Origin: Auritidibacter sp. Marseille-P8566
GTDB taxonomy: Bacteria > Actinomycetota > Actinomycetes > Actinomycetales > Microbacteriaceae
Assembly: GCA_945896925.1 (NCBI GenBank)
Contig: CAMDEV010000001.1
Coordinates: forward strand, 450-64,449
Length of the DNA: 64,000 bases
Direction: 5' to 3'
In this document: positions 47,863 to 59,400 of the stretch, piece after piece
Numbering within the stretch: the first letter of the stretch is position 1
Layout: each line of letters begins with the position of its first letter
Translations under genes and position numbers: made by a program
The notes under the pieces: generated by a model
The model's input: only the letters and a program-made list of their open reading frames with translations
Told to the model about the DNA's origin: nothing
Database searches by the model: none

Positions 47863-49682
47863 GTAATTTGACTGGGAAGACCCTTTCGGCTCGTTACCTT
47901 ATTCAGGATGTCGTTGCCCGTGGGGGCATGTCGACTGTTTATTTAGCTAAAGATTTGAGACTTGATCGTGTAGTGGCAATCAAGGTCATTCACCCTCATT
48001 TAGCTTCTGACCCTGTGTTCAGGGACAAGTTCTTCCGTGAGGCAAGAATGATTGCCAAGGTCAACCATGCAAACCTAGTTAACATTTACGACCAGGGCGA
48101 TGACTCAGGCAATGCATACATCGTTCTTGAGTATGTTCAAGGAATCACTTTGCGAGATGCACTTCGCGACAGCGGTGCACTCACTACCGAACAAATTGTT
48201 CAAGTAAGTAAAGCTGTTCTTTCGGCACTTAGCCAAGCACATAGCAATGGCATAGTTCACAGAGATCTAAAACCAGAAAACGTTTTACTTTCTGACGATG
48301 GCCGAATCAAAGTAACGGACTTTGGTTTAGCTCGAGAACTTAGCGCAGATACAGACACAGGGTCCTTGGTTGGAACTGTTGCTTATCTAGCTCCAGAAGT
48401 AATCAAAAGAGGTAAAACTCAAACTCAAAGCGACATATACAGTTACGGCATCATGCTTTTCGAAATGCTGACTGGTAAGCAACCATTTAGTGGCACCGAT
48501 GCAATACAGATTGCAATGATGCACACCACTTCACGTGTCGGTTCAGCTCTAAATGAGAATTCAGCAGCGTCAAGAGAATTAGATGAGTTGATGCTTTACT
48601 GCACAGAGCCTGATGCAAGCAACCGGCCGCAGAATGCAATCCTTGCGCTCAGAGCTCTAGAGAAAATCTCAGCGGCTAAAGCCACTACAAATCTCGATGA
48701 AACTCTAGTGCTGGATGATCCGCACGGAGATTTAAGCTTTACTGAAGTTATTGCTGACTTTGATGTTCCAACCGATACTGCCTTCGAAGGTTACTCAAAG
48801 AAAAGCCCTGTTACTAAATGGTTGGTAGCAAGTATTTTGGCTCTCTCCCTTGGCTCCTTTGGCGGATGGTGGTTTGGTGCAGGACCTGGAGCTTTGATAG
48901 CTATTCCTAACGTCAGCGATAAAACACAGAGTCAAGCGATTAACTCACTACAAACTCTCACTGAAGATATCGATGTGCGAAAAGTATTTAGCTCGACTTT
49001 TGCTGAAGGGCAGGTAGTTGGAACTGAGCCACCGGCAGGTATTCCAGTTACCAAAGGCACTCCAATAACACTTCTGGTTTCCAAAGGTAAAGAGATGGCC
49101 GTTGTTCCTGATCTCCTTGGGAATGAATTAGTAACCGCAACAGCAAAGATAGTTGGAGCAAGGTTCTCGATTGGAGCTGTTAGCGAGTGGTTCAACGCTG
49201 ATTACCCATTGGGAAGTGTCTATGCCTATTCGGGTGATGACAAGACTGAACTAGCAGTTGGTTCGGCTATTGAAATGAAGATTTCTCTGGGAGCTATTCC
49301 AGTAGTTGCTGGGTTGAAAGAAGAAGTTGCAAAAGCAGCGCTAGAAGTTGCCGGACTAAGCGTTCGAAAGAGTTCTTACCAGTTCTCAGACAGCATTGCT
49401 AAGGGTGATGTCATAGCAGTTGCACCAGATGAAGTTGAAGTTGGTAAAGGTTCAACTGTGAAGCTGGTTGTTAGCAAGGGGCCTAACACGGTTGTCATGC
49501 CAAAGGTTGTTGGAGAAACCATTCTGGCTGCTCAAGGATTACTTGAATCTCTAGGTTTAGAGGTGCTTATCGACACTAGGTGGCTAAGTGCTGACTATGG
49601 CATCAAGCGAGTGACCGGTGCAAGTGAAAACGTAGGAGCAGTAATCAAAGTCGGTTCGACTGTGATTATTCGTTCTCGTTAA
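47859..49682 (+). CDS. pknL: PASTA-domain Ser/Thr protein kinase (PknL-like)
   Basis: ARGGMSTVY, VAIK, HRDLKPEN, DFG, APE; TM then PASTA repeats; synteny with Rv2175c and class II DAHP synthase. Confidence 0.9.
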   Translation: MSNLTGKTLSARYLIQDVVARGGMSTVYLAKDLRLDRVVAIKVIHPHLASDPVFRDKFFREARMIAKVNHANLVNIYDQGDDSGNAYIVLEYVQGITLRDALRDSGALTTEQIVQVSKAVLSALSQAHSNGIVHRDLKPENVLLSDDGRIKVTDFGLARELSADTDTGSLVGTVAYLAPEVIKRGKTQTQSDIYSYGIMLFEMLTGKQPFSGTDAIQIAMMHTTSRVGSALNENSAASRELDELMLYCTEPDASNRPQNAILALRALEKISAAKATTNLDETLVLDDPHGDLSFTEVIADFDVPTDTAFEGYSKKSPVTKWLVASILALSLGSFGGWWFGAGPGALIAIPNVSDKTQSQAINSLQTLTEDIDVRKVFSSTFAEGQVVGTEPPAGIPVTKGTPITLLVSKGKEMAVVPDLLGNELVTATAKIVGARFSIGAVSEWFNADYPLGSVYAYSGDDKTELAVGSAIEMKISLGAIPVVAGLKEEVAKAALEVAGLSVRKSSYQFSDSIAKGDVIAVAPDEVEVGKGSTVKLVVSKGPNTVVMPKVVGETILAAQGLLESLGLEVLIDTRWLSADYGIKRVTGASENVGAVIKVGSTVIIRSR

Positions 49683-51046
49683 CGAGCAGCTAGTTCTTCA
49701 GCGACTAGGAAAGCAAGTTCCAAAGACTGTGAGTGGTTCAATCTAGGGTCACAGAGAGATTCGTATCTTGATTCCAAAGTGATCTCATCAATATGTTCAC
49801 TTCCACCTAGACACTCAGCAACGTCATCTCCGGTTAGTTCAACGTGAACACCACCTGGGAAGGTTCCTAGGTCGCGGTGCACCTCGAAGAAGCCTCTAAC
49901 TTCGTTCATTACATCATCAAAGCGACGAGACTTGTATCCGTTGGCAGTTGTTATCCCGTTACCGTGCATTGGGTCTGTAATCCAAAGCGGAGAGAAGCCT
50001 GCATCTCTAACTGCTTCAACTAGCTTCGGCAGTGCTTCGCGAATCTTTCCTGCACCCATGCGAGTGATAAAGGTAAGCCTGCCAGGCTCGTGGTTTGGGT
50101 CTAGCTTTTCAATCAGTGCCATCACATCATCCACTGAAGTGTTAGGACCAAGTTTCACACCGAGTGGGTTTCGAACACGCGAAAGGAAATCAACGTGAGC
50201 ACCATCAAGCTGCCTGGTTCTCTCACCAATCCAGATGAAATGTGCGCTGGTGTCGTATGGGGTTCCAGTTCTTGAATCAATACGAGTCATAGGGCGCTCG
50301 TAGTCAAAGAGCAACCCTTCGTGTGAGGTGTAAAACTCGGTGGTTCTCAGTTCATTGAAGTTAGCGCCACAGGCTGCCATGAACTTGATGGCGCGATCAA
50401 TGTCCTTTGCCATGGTCTCGTAGCGAGAGTTAGCCGGGTTATCAATGAAACCCTTATTCCATTCATGAACTGAACGAAGATCTGCAAAGCCACCCATGGT
50501 GAATGCTCTGATTAGATTCAGTGTTGAGGAAGAGGTGTTGTATGCCTGGAGCAATCTCTTTGGATCTGGGTTTCTAGACTCTTCAGTGAAGTCGTAGCCG
50601 TTTACCGCATCGCCTCGGTAGGCAGGAAGAGTTAGACCTTCACGAGTTTCTGTGTCTGATGATCTCGGCTTAGCAAACTGACCAGCCATACGCCCCATCT
50701 TGATGACGGGCATAGATGCACCGTAGGTAAGCACGACTGCCATCTGCAGGAGTGTCTTTACTCGGTTACGAATGCGGTCTGCAGTTGCATCAACAAAAGT
50801 TTCAGCACAATCACCACCCTGTAGCAAGAAAGCTTTACCTTGAGCAGCCTGAGAAATTCTGTCTTTGAGGATATCTACCTCACCGGCAAACACCAAAGGT
50901 GGGTACTTAGCCAGTGTCTGTCTGACCTCTTCGAGAGCAGCCTGGTCAGGCCAGGTTGGTTGCTGTGCAGCAACTAAGTTTTTGTAGTTATCCAAGCCTT
51001 CAAGTACGCCTGGATCTGCAGCTACTACTGGTTCAAATGAAGCCAA
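49679..51046 (-). CDS. Class II DAHP synthase
   Basis: QGGDCAE, RMAGQFAKPRS, WIGERTR, DPMHGN, CDPRLN. Confidence 0.96.
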   Translation of the reverse strand: MASFEPVVAADPGVLEGLDNYKNLVAAQQPTWPDQAALEEVRQTLAKYPPLVFAGEVDILKDRISQAAQGKAFLLQGGDCAETFVDATADRIRNRVKTLLQMAVVLTYGASMPVIKMGRMAGQFAKPRSSDTETREGLTLPAYRGDAVNGYDFTEESRNPDPKRLLQAYNTSSSTLNLIRAFTMGGFADLRSVHEWNKGFIDNPANSRYETMAKDIDRAIKFMAACGANFNELRTTEFYTSHEGLLFDYERPMTRIDSRTGTPYDTSAHFIWIGERTRQLDGAHVDFLSRVRNPLGVKLGPNTSVDDVMALIEKLDPNHEPGRLTFITRMGAGKIREALPKLVEAVRDAGFSPLWITDPMHGNGITTANGYKSRRFDDVMNEVRGFFEVHRDLGTFPGGVHVELTGDDVAECLGGSEHIDEITLESRYESLCDPRLNHSQSLELAFLVAEELAAR

Positions 51047-51073
51047 TTTGTTGTTCCTGTCTCGGTGGGATTA

Positions 51074-51748
51074 CTAGCGACGTTCTTTTAGTGTTGAGGC
51101 ATATACGTCGATGTACTCCTGCCCGCTGAGCTTCATCAGCTCATAAATTATCTCATCTGTTACAGCTCTTAGAACTAGACGATCTCCCTCCATGCCTGCA
51201 AAGCGAGAGAAATCAAGGGGTTCACCAACTACAACACCAATACGGCGGATTCTAGGAAGCCTTCTTCCGATTGGTTGAACTTTCTCGGTATCGATCATTG
51301 CAACTGGGAAAACTGGAACCTTGGCTTCTAGAACCATTCGAGCGATACCGGTTCTACCTCTGAACAATCTGCCATCTGGAGATCTCGTGCCTTCTGGGTA
51401 AATACCAAGCAGTTGACTTTGAGCTAAGACTCCAAGGCCAGTGTTTAGAGCAGCCTCAGAAGCTTTACCGCCACTTCTGTCAATAGGAAGCTGACCAGTC
51501 CCCTTGAAAAACCAGCGGGACAAAGTTCCTTTTATTCCCTTACCGGTGAAGTATTCGCTCTTAGCCAGAAACACCACTGGTCTTCTGAGCATCAGAGGCA
51601 AGAAGATGGAATCTGAAAAAGATAGGTGATTGGAAGCTAGAATGGCTGCCCCGTCGCTAGGAATTTTTCCAGCGCCTTTGATCCAAGGGCGGAAAAGAAC
51701 TTTGAGAAGTGGCCCGAGGAAGATGTTCTTCAGCAGAAAGTACCACAC
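51074..51748 (-). CDS. plsC: 1-acyl-sn-glycerol-3-phosphate acyltransferase
   Basis: NHLSFSD (HxxxxD), YPEGTRS. Confidence 0.92.
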   Translation of the reverse strand: MWYFLLKNIFLGPLLKVLFRPWIKGAGKIPSDGAAILASNHLSFSDSIFLPLMLRRPVVFLAKSEYFTGKGIKGTLSRWFFKGTGQLPIDRSGGKASEAALNTGLGVLAQSQLLGIYPEGTRSPDGRLFRGRTGIARMVLEAKVPVFPVAMIDTEKVQPIGRRLPRIRRIGVVVGEPLDFSRFAGMEGDRLVLRAVTDEIIYELMKLSGQEYIDVYASTLKERR

Positions 51749-51792
51749 GGTGGACCTCCTTCTCTTTGGCTTTCGAACCCTAAGGGTTAAGT

Positions 51793-52743
51793 TTATCGCC
51801 CGTTGGAATGTAATCTAGCCAGATCAGCTGCCCCGACTACCCCTGCATCGTTGTGTAACTGAGCTCCAACAATCTTCAGTTCTGGTCTAAAGCCTCTAGC
51901 TGGAAGGTGCTCAAGGTAGGCGGCTCTAATGGGTTCGAGAAGCAACTTCCCAGCGGCACTCACACCACCACCGATGACAACGATCTCAGGGTCAAGAACT
52001 GCAACCAGTGAGGCAACTGCCAAACCTAGGTTTGAACCAAGCTCAGTTAGAAGTCTCAGTGCTCCGGGGTCACCTTCTTGAATAGCCTTGTAAACCTCGT
52101 TACCAGTTAGCTCTGGAACACTGTCAGAGAGTTCCTTTAGACGTTTAGCCTCAGCGGAGCCGGAGGCAACAAGTTCCTTGGCAGAGTTTAGAAGTGCGGT
52201 TCCTGAGCCATATTGCTCCAGACAGCCGTGCTGACCACAGCCGCACAGTTTCCCCTTAGGGATGAAATTCGTGTGGCCAAGTTCTGCGCCAATTCCAAAC
52301 CCCCCTCGGAAGAGTTGGCCATTAGCCACGATTGCTCCACCAACACCGGTCCCAATGGTCAACATCATCATGTGTCGGTAACCAATGCCAGCGCCAAAAC
52401 GATATTCAGCCCAGCCCGCAGCATTCGCGTCATTTTCAATGACAACCGGCAAACCTAGCTCGGCTTCAAGTTTCTCTTTTAGGGGTTCATTACGCCAGCT
52501 AAGGTTTGGGGCGTAATAAACCACTGCCTGGTTGGCATCTATGAAACCAGCGGCAGCAACACCAACAGCGCTAACTTGCTCACCTGAGCGAAGTTCTTCA
52601 ACCATCTTCACAACGGCAGCCTGAAGCGCATTCGGGTCATTCGCTGGGGTTGGCACCTTCAAGTCGCGAAGAATCTCCCCTGCCTCGTTGACAAGAGCTC
52701 CCGCAATCTTGGTTCCACCGATGTCGATTCCGACGGTTTTCAT
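51793..52743 (-). CDS. glk: ROK-family glucokinase
   Basis: DIGGTK, ENDANAA, GTGVGG, ELGH, CGCGQHGCLE. Confidence 0.9.
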   Translation of the reverse strand: MKTVGIDIGGTKIAGALVNEAGEILRDLKVPTPANDPNALQAAVVKMVEELRSGEQVSAVGVAAAGFIDANQAVVYYAPNLSWRNEPLKEKLEAELGLPVVIENDANAAGWAEYRFGAGIGYRHMMMLTIGTGVGGAIVANGQLFRGGFGIGAELGHTNFIPKGKLCGCGQHGCLEQYGSGTALLNSAKELVASGSAEAKRLKELSDSVPELTGNEVYKAIQEGDPGALRLLTELGSNLGLAVASLVAVLDPEIVVIGGGVSAAGKLLLEPIRAAYLEHLPARGFRPELKIVGAQLHNDAGVVGAADLARLHSNGR

Positions 52744-52877
52744 CTGGTTCCTTTGTTTTTGTTAACTTGGTCAGTATATCGGCATCATTTCGATAAGCCT
52801 AGAGGTGCAGAATATCGGCTTTCCACGGGTAGAGTAGTCAAAAGTTTCATTTACGAGCTAATCTCACGGAGGCACAC

Positions 52878-54716
52878 ATGAAGACCAACGAAGTTCCATT
52901 AGTAGTTGTTTCTAGCCCAGAAACGAACATTACTGACTTGATTATTGACCGAGTTAACAAAGATCCAAAACTTGCCTTGATGTCTAAGCAGACCTCTCCA
53001 GGTGTTTGGGAAGATGTTGCAGCTGCCGACTACCTTGCTGAGGTTAGAGCCCTTGCTAAGGGTTTCATCGCCTCAGGTATTGAAGTTGGACAACGTGTTG
53101 GCATCATGAGCCACACCAGATACGAATGGGCTCTAACTGACTTTGCACTCTGGTTTGCCGGTGCTGTCTCTGTTCCAATTTACGAATCATCCGCTCCTAG
53201 CCAGATTGAATGGATCTTGAGTGACTCAGGTGCTGTTGCAGCAATCTTTGAAAACAAGACCCACCTTGAACTATTCAAGAGTGTTCAGAAGAACCTTCCT
53301 GCAGTTAAGACAACTTGGACTTTTGAAGCTAAAGATCTATCTGACCTCGTCAAGCTGGGTAAGAGTATCTCTGACGAAGAACTTGAGAAGAGAAGAACCA
53401 GCAATGGTTTGCAGGATCTAGCAACAATCATCTACACGTCTGGAACAACAGGTAGACCTAAGGGTTGTGAACTCTTGCACCAGGGATTCGTTGATCTATG
53501 TAGAAATGCTCAGGCTGTATTGCCTGAAGTAGTTTGCCCTGGTGGTTCAACAGTTCTGTTCTTGCCGATGGCTCACGTCTTCGCAAGATTTGTTTCAGTT
53601 CTTTGTGTCTCAGGTGGAGTGAAAGTTGGACACCAGCCAGATGCGAAGAATGTTGCACCAGCAATGCAGAGCTTCCACCCAACATTCTTACTTGCAGTTC
53701 CTAGAGTCTTCGAAAAGGTATACAACTCTGCAGAACAACGTGCAGAAGGTGCTGGCAAAGGAAAAATCTTCCATGCTGCAGCTGAAACTGCAATCGCATG
53801 GTCGATGGCTCTAGACACTAAAAAAGGTCCGAGTATTGGTTTGAACATCAAGCACAAACTATTTGATGCCCTTGTATACAAGAAGCTTCGCGCTGCTATG
53901 GGTGGAGAAGTGAAGTATGCAATCAGCGGTGGTGGTCCACTTGGAGCAAGACTTGGTCACTTCTACCGTGCTATCGGTTTGATTGTTCTTGAAGGTTACG
54001 GCCTAACCGAGACAACTGCACCAGTGACTATCGGTCGACCTAGCAACCTAAAGATTGGTAAGGTCGGATTCCCACTACCTGGTTGTGGTGTGATGATTGC
54101 CGACGATGGTGAGATCTGGCTGCGTGGAACCAACGTTCTAAAGGGATACTGGAACAACAAAGATGCGACAAAGTCTACCTTCGAGGGTGACTGGTTCAAG
54201 ACTGGAGACATCGGTACCTTGGACGAGGATGGCTTCCTAGCAATCACTGGACGTAAGAAGGAATTGATTATCACTGCTGGTGGTAAGAATGTTGCTCCTG
54301 CTCTGCTAGAAGACCCGCTTCGTGCAAACCCACTGGTCAGCCAAGCAGTCGTTATCGGTGACGCTAAGCCATTCGTATCAGTCTTGGTGTCAATCGATGA
54401 AGAGATGCTCCCAATTTGGCTAACCAACAATGGCATCAAAGAACAACTAACTATTGATGAGGCTAGATCCAATGCTGCCGTCCTTGCTGAAGTTTCTAAA
54501 GCTATTGAAGCTGTGAACACTAACTTCTCAACAGCTGAATCAATCAGGAAGTTTGCGATTCTTCCTTATGACCTAACTGAGAAGAGTGGACACCTAACTC
54601 CATCACTAAAGATCAAGCGTTCAGTTGTGGTTGATGACTTTGGAAACCTAATCGATGACATTTACGCGGATAGCGCTAAGTCAACCTGTCACAACATTGG
54701 TGATTACAAGATTTAG
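52878..54716 (+). CDS. Long-chain fatty acyl-CoA synthetase (FadD15-like)
   Basis: YTSGTTGRPKG, GYGLTE, TGDIG, GRKKE, LTPSLK. Confidence 0.92.
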   Translation: MKTNEVPLVVVSSPETNITDLIIDRVNKDPKLALMSKQTSPGVWEDVAAADYLAEVRALAKGFIASGIEVGQRVGIMSHTRYEWALTDFALWFAGAVSVPIYESSAPSQIEWILSDSGAVAAIFENKTHLELFKSVQKNLPAVKTTWTFEAKDLSDLVKLGKSISDEELEKRRTSNGLQDLATIIYTSGTTGRPKGCELLHQGFVDLCRNAQAVLPEVVCPGGSTVLFLPMAHVFARFVSVLCVSGGVKVGHQPDAKNVAPAMQSFHPTFLLAVPRVFEKVYNSAEQRAEGAGKGKIFHAAAETAIAWSMALDTKKGPSIGLNIKHKLFDALVYKKLRAAMGGEVKYAISGGGPLGARLGHFYRAIGLIVLEGYGLTETTAPVTIGRPSNLKIGKVGFPLPGCGVMIADDGEIWLRGTNVLKGYWNNKDATKSTFEGDWFKTGDIGTLDEDGFLAITGRKKELIITAGGKNVAPALLEDPLRANPLVSQAVVIGDAKPFVSVLVSIDEEMLPIWLTNNGIKEQLTIDEARSNAAVLAEVSKAIEAVNTNFSTAESIRKFAILPYDLTEKSGHLTPSLKIKRSVVVDDFGNLIDDIYADSAKSTCHNIGDYKI

Positions 54717-55210
54717 TTCATAAACCAATCTGATTTACGAACAATCTTCATGGCTTCTTTGCGCTCTTCTTGAGTAAGGCGGTCTAGGTATAGTAATCCA
54801 TCTAGGTGGTCTAGTTCGTGCTGAAGAGCCTGAGCAAGCAATCCACTCCCTGTAATAGTCACCTCAGTTCCATCCAGTTGAGTGCCAGTTAGTTCTGCTT
54901 CCGGGTAGCGAGTGGTTAGATGCCAATTACCTGGAACTGAAAGGCAACCCTCTTCAACAAGAAACGGTTCACCTTTGAGAACTAAATTCTTTGGGTTGAT
55001 TAGATAGCCAACTTTGCCAGCAACGTTGTAGCTGAAAGCTCTGAGGGAAATTCCAATTTGATTGGCGGCAACTCCAGCTCGCCCTGGCACCTTGGTGGTG
55101 TCAATAAGGTCTTCGATTAGAGCCTGAGTCTTAGGACCAAAGTCATTTATTGGATCACAGGGTGATTTGAGAACAGGATCACCAAAGAGTCTTATTTCAC
55201 GAACAGTCAT
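54713..55210 (-). CDS. def: Peptide deformylase
   Basis: GVAANQIG, EGCLS, QHELDH. Confidence 0.94.
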   Translation of the reverse strand: MTVREIRLFGDPVLKSPCDPINDFGPKTQALIEDLIDTTKVPGRAGVAANQIGISLRAFSYNVAGKVGYLINPKNLVLKGEPFLVEEGCLSVPGNWHLTTRYPEAELTGTQLDGTEVTITGSGLLAQALQHELDHLDGLLYLDRLTQEERKEAMKIVRKSDWFMN

Positions 55211-55214
55211 GAAA

Positions 55215-56399
55215 CTAGTTGCTCTTAGTCAATCCCTCAACTACTAAAGCAGCGAGTTCACGAGCTGCTTCACGAGTGTTGCGGTGCAGTTGATCAAACT
55301 TGATAACTGACCCTGCAGCTAGAGCTGGGTCATATGGAATCTTCACAACGGCACGAACTCTAGATTTGAAGTGAGCTTCAATTTCATCTAGCTTGACTAG
55401 GTTGGTTCCCTGAGTCGCAGTGTTTAGAGCAACAACTGAACCTCTTACCAAATCACCGTAACCATTAGCTTCAAGCCAGGTAAGGGTTTCAGATGCCAAA
55501 CGAGCTTCATCAACCGAACCACCTGAAACAATAACTAGTCCATTTGCACGCTGAAGAGTTGGACGCATAACCGAGTGAACAATTCCTGTTCCACAGTCAG
55601 TCAGGATGATGGTGTAGTAGCGAGCCGCCATGTCTGCAACTACGTTGTAATCACCTTCATCGAAGGCTTCAGAGAGCATAGGGTCGCTGTCAGATGCTAG
55701 AACGTGCAATCTTGTGACGTCTCGAGAAACCATTGTTGAGAAGTCTGTAAAGCCATCAATTGCAGCAGCACGGTTCACCACATCACGAACTGTGAAACGA
55801 GTTGACTTGCTAACTCGCTCGGCTAGAGTTCCGCGGTCAGGGTTTGCATCGATTGCAATAACTCTGTCTTCGCGAACAAGCGCCATAGCCATTCCGAGCA
55901 GGGTTGTAACAGTTGTCTTTCCAACTCCGCCTTTGCGGGTAAGCACTGGAACGAATCTTGCTCCGCCACCTAGGTTGGCAGCAATTCTTGCATCAATCGC
56001 CTTACGCTCACGAACACGAAGGTTATCCCCCAGATTGATGGTCTTCAGGGATAGGAAGTAGAGGAATCTTCTAAAACCAGATTCAGGTGCAGGTCTGGTC
56101 TTTGAGTTAACTTCAATAAGACGATCTGCTGTGAGCATCGCAGCAGGCTCAGGTTGATCAAAGGTATCACCTCTGAGGCTGTCACGTCGTGAGTAACCGG
56201 CTTGTGAACTAGCTAGGCTATCGGTTTCTGAAACACCGGTTGCTGGCACAATTGCTGTTGCCTCGGTAATTACCTTAATCGATGAAGTAGTCGGCGAGAG
56301 GTCAATGGTGCTTGCTTCAATCTCAGCAGAGCCTAGTTCAGCGCTGTGCTCCGCATCATCGCTGGAACGAGGGTTTTTACCGTCAAATCTGTCAGCCAA
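55215..56399 (-). CDS. MinD/ParA-family ATPase with disordered N-terminus
   Basis: Deviant Walker A KGGVGKTT, DANPD, TDCG, IPYDP; start uncertain (TTG at 56399 after AAGGA; ORF track gives 56447). Confidence 0.85.
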   Translation of the reverse strand: MADRFDGKNPRSSDDAEHSAELGSAEIEASTIDLSPTTSSIKVITEATAIVPATGVSETDSLASSQAGYSRRDSLRGDTFDQPEPAAMLTADRLIEVNSKTRPAPESGFRRFLYFLSLKTINLGDNLRVRERKAIDARIAANLGGGARFVPVLTRKGGVGKTTVTTLLGMAMALVREDRVIAIDANPDRGTLAERVSKSTRFTVRDVVNRAAAIDGFTDFSTMVSRDVTRLHVLASDSDPMLSEAFDEGDYNVVADMAARYYTIILTDCGTGIVHSVMRPTLQRANGLVIVSGGSVDEARLASETLTWLEANGYGDLVRGSVVALNTATQGTNLVKLDEIEAHFKSRVRAVVKIPYDPALAAGSVIKFDQLHRNTREAARELAALVVEGLTKSN

Positions 56400-56464
56400 A
56401 GCTAAATCCTTAAACATCTCCAAGCCAAGAGAACTTGGCTGAATCAATAACTACTCGGGTAAGT

Positions 56465-59400
56465 CTATTCGCTAACCCTTGGTTCAACGACAAGGATAAG
56501 GTCCCCTGATTCGACCGATTGGGTCTTTGAAATGGCTAAACGCCTGACAATACCTGCCGTATTAGCGGTAATGGTGGCTTCCATCTTCATGGCCTCGATA
56601 GTTGCTACCGGTTGCCCCAGTTCAACCTGGGTGCCCTCAACTACCTGAAGGGTAACAACTCCAGCAAATGGTGCGGCTACTTCTGCTGGGTTGGCTAGGT
56701 TCGCCTTCTCGGCAGAAACCACAGTTGTTGCAATCTTTCGGTCTCTGATGTTAATCGGGCGAAGTTGACCGTTGAATGTCGCCATTACAGTTCTAAAGCC
56801 CTTGGTATCTGGAGAGCCAATAGCTTCAAGTCCAACAAAGATTCGAACACCTCTAGCGATCTCAACAACGTGCTCGTGTCCCTGTTCAAGGCCGTAGAGG
56901 TAATCGAGAGTGTCAACTGGATCTAGGTTTCCAAAGGTTGCCCTGGACTTTTCAAACTCAGCTGTTGGTCCCGGGAAGAGCAATCTGTTTAGTGTGCTTC
57001 TTCTAACTTTGGCGTCTTCAGAAACAAGTTTCTGTAGGTCCTCAGGAGAAACGGCAACTAGACCGAACTTAGGGTTCTTTCCCTGAAGAACTTTAGTCCT
57101 GAAAGGTTCAGGCCATCCACCAGGAAGATCTCCAAGCTCTCCCGCCATGAAACCAACAACAGAATCTGGAATGTCATAGTTCTGTGGGTTAGCAGCGAAC
57201 TCTGCTGGGTCCGCATTGACCGCAACAAGGTGTAGAGCAAGATCACCAACAACCTTTGATGAAGGAGTCACCTTAGGTGGTCTTCCTAGAATTTCATTAG
57301 CTGCTGCATACATGTCTTCAACACGTTCGAACTGGTTACCTAGACCAAGCGCGATTGCCTGCTGACGAAGGTTGCTGAGTTGGCCACCTGGAATCTCATG
57401 CTTATAGACGCGACCGGTTGGACCACGAAGTCCAGACTCAAACGGTGCGTAAACATTTCGGACGGCTTCCCAGTAAGGCTCAAGTGCTGTCATCTCGTCG
57501 AGGCTGATTCCAGAATCACGATCAGTGTTTTCTAATGCAGCAATAAGAGCAGACGCGGAAGGTTGGCTTGTGGTTCCAGCCATCGGTGCAGATGCAACAT
57601 CAACAGCGTCAACACCAGCATCGATAGCAGCAATAAGAGTTGCTAATTGTCCACCAGCGGTGTCGTGAGTGTGGAGGTGAACTGGAACATCGAACTCTGC
57701 ACGAAGTGCTTTCACAAGTTTGGCTGCAGCCTGTGGGCGAAGCAGACCAGCCATGTCCTTAATGGCAAGAATGTGAGCACCAGCTTTGACTACCTGTCTT
57801 GCAAGATCTAGATAGTAGTCGAGGGTGTATAGAGCCTCGTTAGGGTTTAGTAGATCACCGGTGTAACAGATGGCAACTTCTGCAACCGCGGTCTTAGTTT
57901 TTAGAACTGCACTAATTGCTGGCAGCATTTGATCAACGTCATTTAGTGCGTCGAAGATGCGGAAGATATCAACCCCAGCCGTTGCTGCTTCTGAAACAAA
58001 AGCTTCAGTTACCTCAACAGGGTACGGTGTGTATCCAACTGTGTTCTGGCCTCTTAGCAACATCTGAATACAGATGTTGGGCATGGCTTCTCTAAGCGCC
58101 ACCAATCTTGCCCAAGGGTCTTCTCCTAAGAAACGAAGAGAAACATCGTAGGTTGCTCCACCCCAAGCTTCAACAGAAAAAAGCTTGTGCAGAATACGTG
58201 CCTCGTAGGGAGCAACTTGAACTAGATCTCTCGAGCGAACTCTGGTGGCCAATAGTGATTGATGTGCATCTCGGAAAGTTGTGTCTGTGATTGCAACTGC
58301 TGACTGAGCTCTCAAGTGAGAAGCGAAGGCAACAGGACCAAGTTCCTGCAGGAGCTGTCTTGAACCTTTAGGAGCAGGAGTATTTAGATCTAACTTAGGT
58401 AGCTTGCTGGTTGGTGAAATTAAATCTCCACGGGGGCCATATGGCTGGTTCACAGTGACATCAGCCAACCAGTTGAGAATCTTGGTTCCTCGGTCTAGCG
58501 AAGGTTGGGCAGTGAGAAGTTGAGGTCTTTCTTCAATGAATGCTGTGCTCAGATCTCCTGCTGCAAAACTAGGGTCTGCAAGCACTCCCTGCAGGAAAGC
58601 GATGTTCGTGGAGACGCCGCGAATTCTGAATTCAGCAAGTGCTCGCTCCGCTCTATTTACCGCAGTCTTTAGATCTCTACCGCGAGTAATAAGTTTCACC
58701 ATAAGAGAATCGAAGTGTGGGCTAATTTCGCTTCCAGTCGAAACAGTTCCGCCGTCTAGACGGATACCTGCACCACCTGGTGAACGGTAGGTACTTATCT
58801 TTCCGGTGTCAGGTCTAAATCCAGCAGTTGGGTCTTCAGTGGTGATTCTGCACTGAATAGCAAATCCATTCATTTCAATCTTGTCTTGAGTTAGGTTCAA
58901 CTCCTCAAGAGTTGAACCGGATGCGATTAGCATCTGCGACTGCACTAGATCAACACCGGTAATTTCTTCGGTGACGGTGTGCTCAACCTGAATGCGTGGG
59001 TTCATTTCGATGAACACGTGCTTACCTGCATTTGGCCCGACTGTGTCGATTAGGAATTCAACAGTTCCTGCGTTGACGTAACCAACCTGCTTCGCAAAAG
59101 CAACCGCATCGCGGTATAGTTCTTCGCGAAGTTCTTGGCTGATGTTTGGAGCAGGAGCGATTTCAACAACTTTTTGGTTTCTTCGCTGAACTGAGCAGTC
59201 TCGCTCGAAAAGGTGAACTACGTTTCCCTTACTATCAGCAAGTATCTGAACTTCAATGTGACGAGGTCGAAGAACTGCTTGCTCTAGAAAGACTCGAGCA
59301 TCCCCAAAAGCTGATTCTGCTTCTCGCATTGCTTCACCGAGTGCTGCTTCTAAGCCTTCAGAATCCTGAACTCTTCTCATTCCGCGACCGCCGCCACCGG

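Noticed and set aside
52776-52819. ATATCGGC direct repeat between glk and fadD
   Set aside because: Only 8 bp, two copies, no neighbouring regulator; plausible by chance
53996-54520. Long antisense ORFs (also 18970-19407, 24755-25153, 31989-32405, 59146-59529 and many 60-120 aa ORFs in the track)
   Set aside because: Shadow frames of well-supported genes; no recognisable motifs or translation signals
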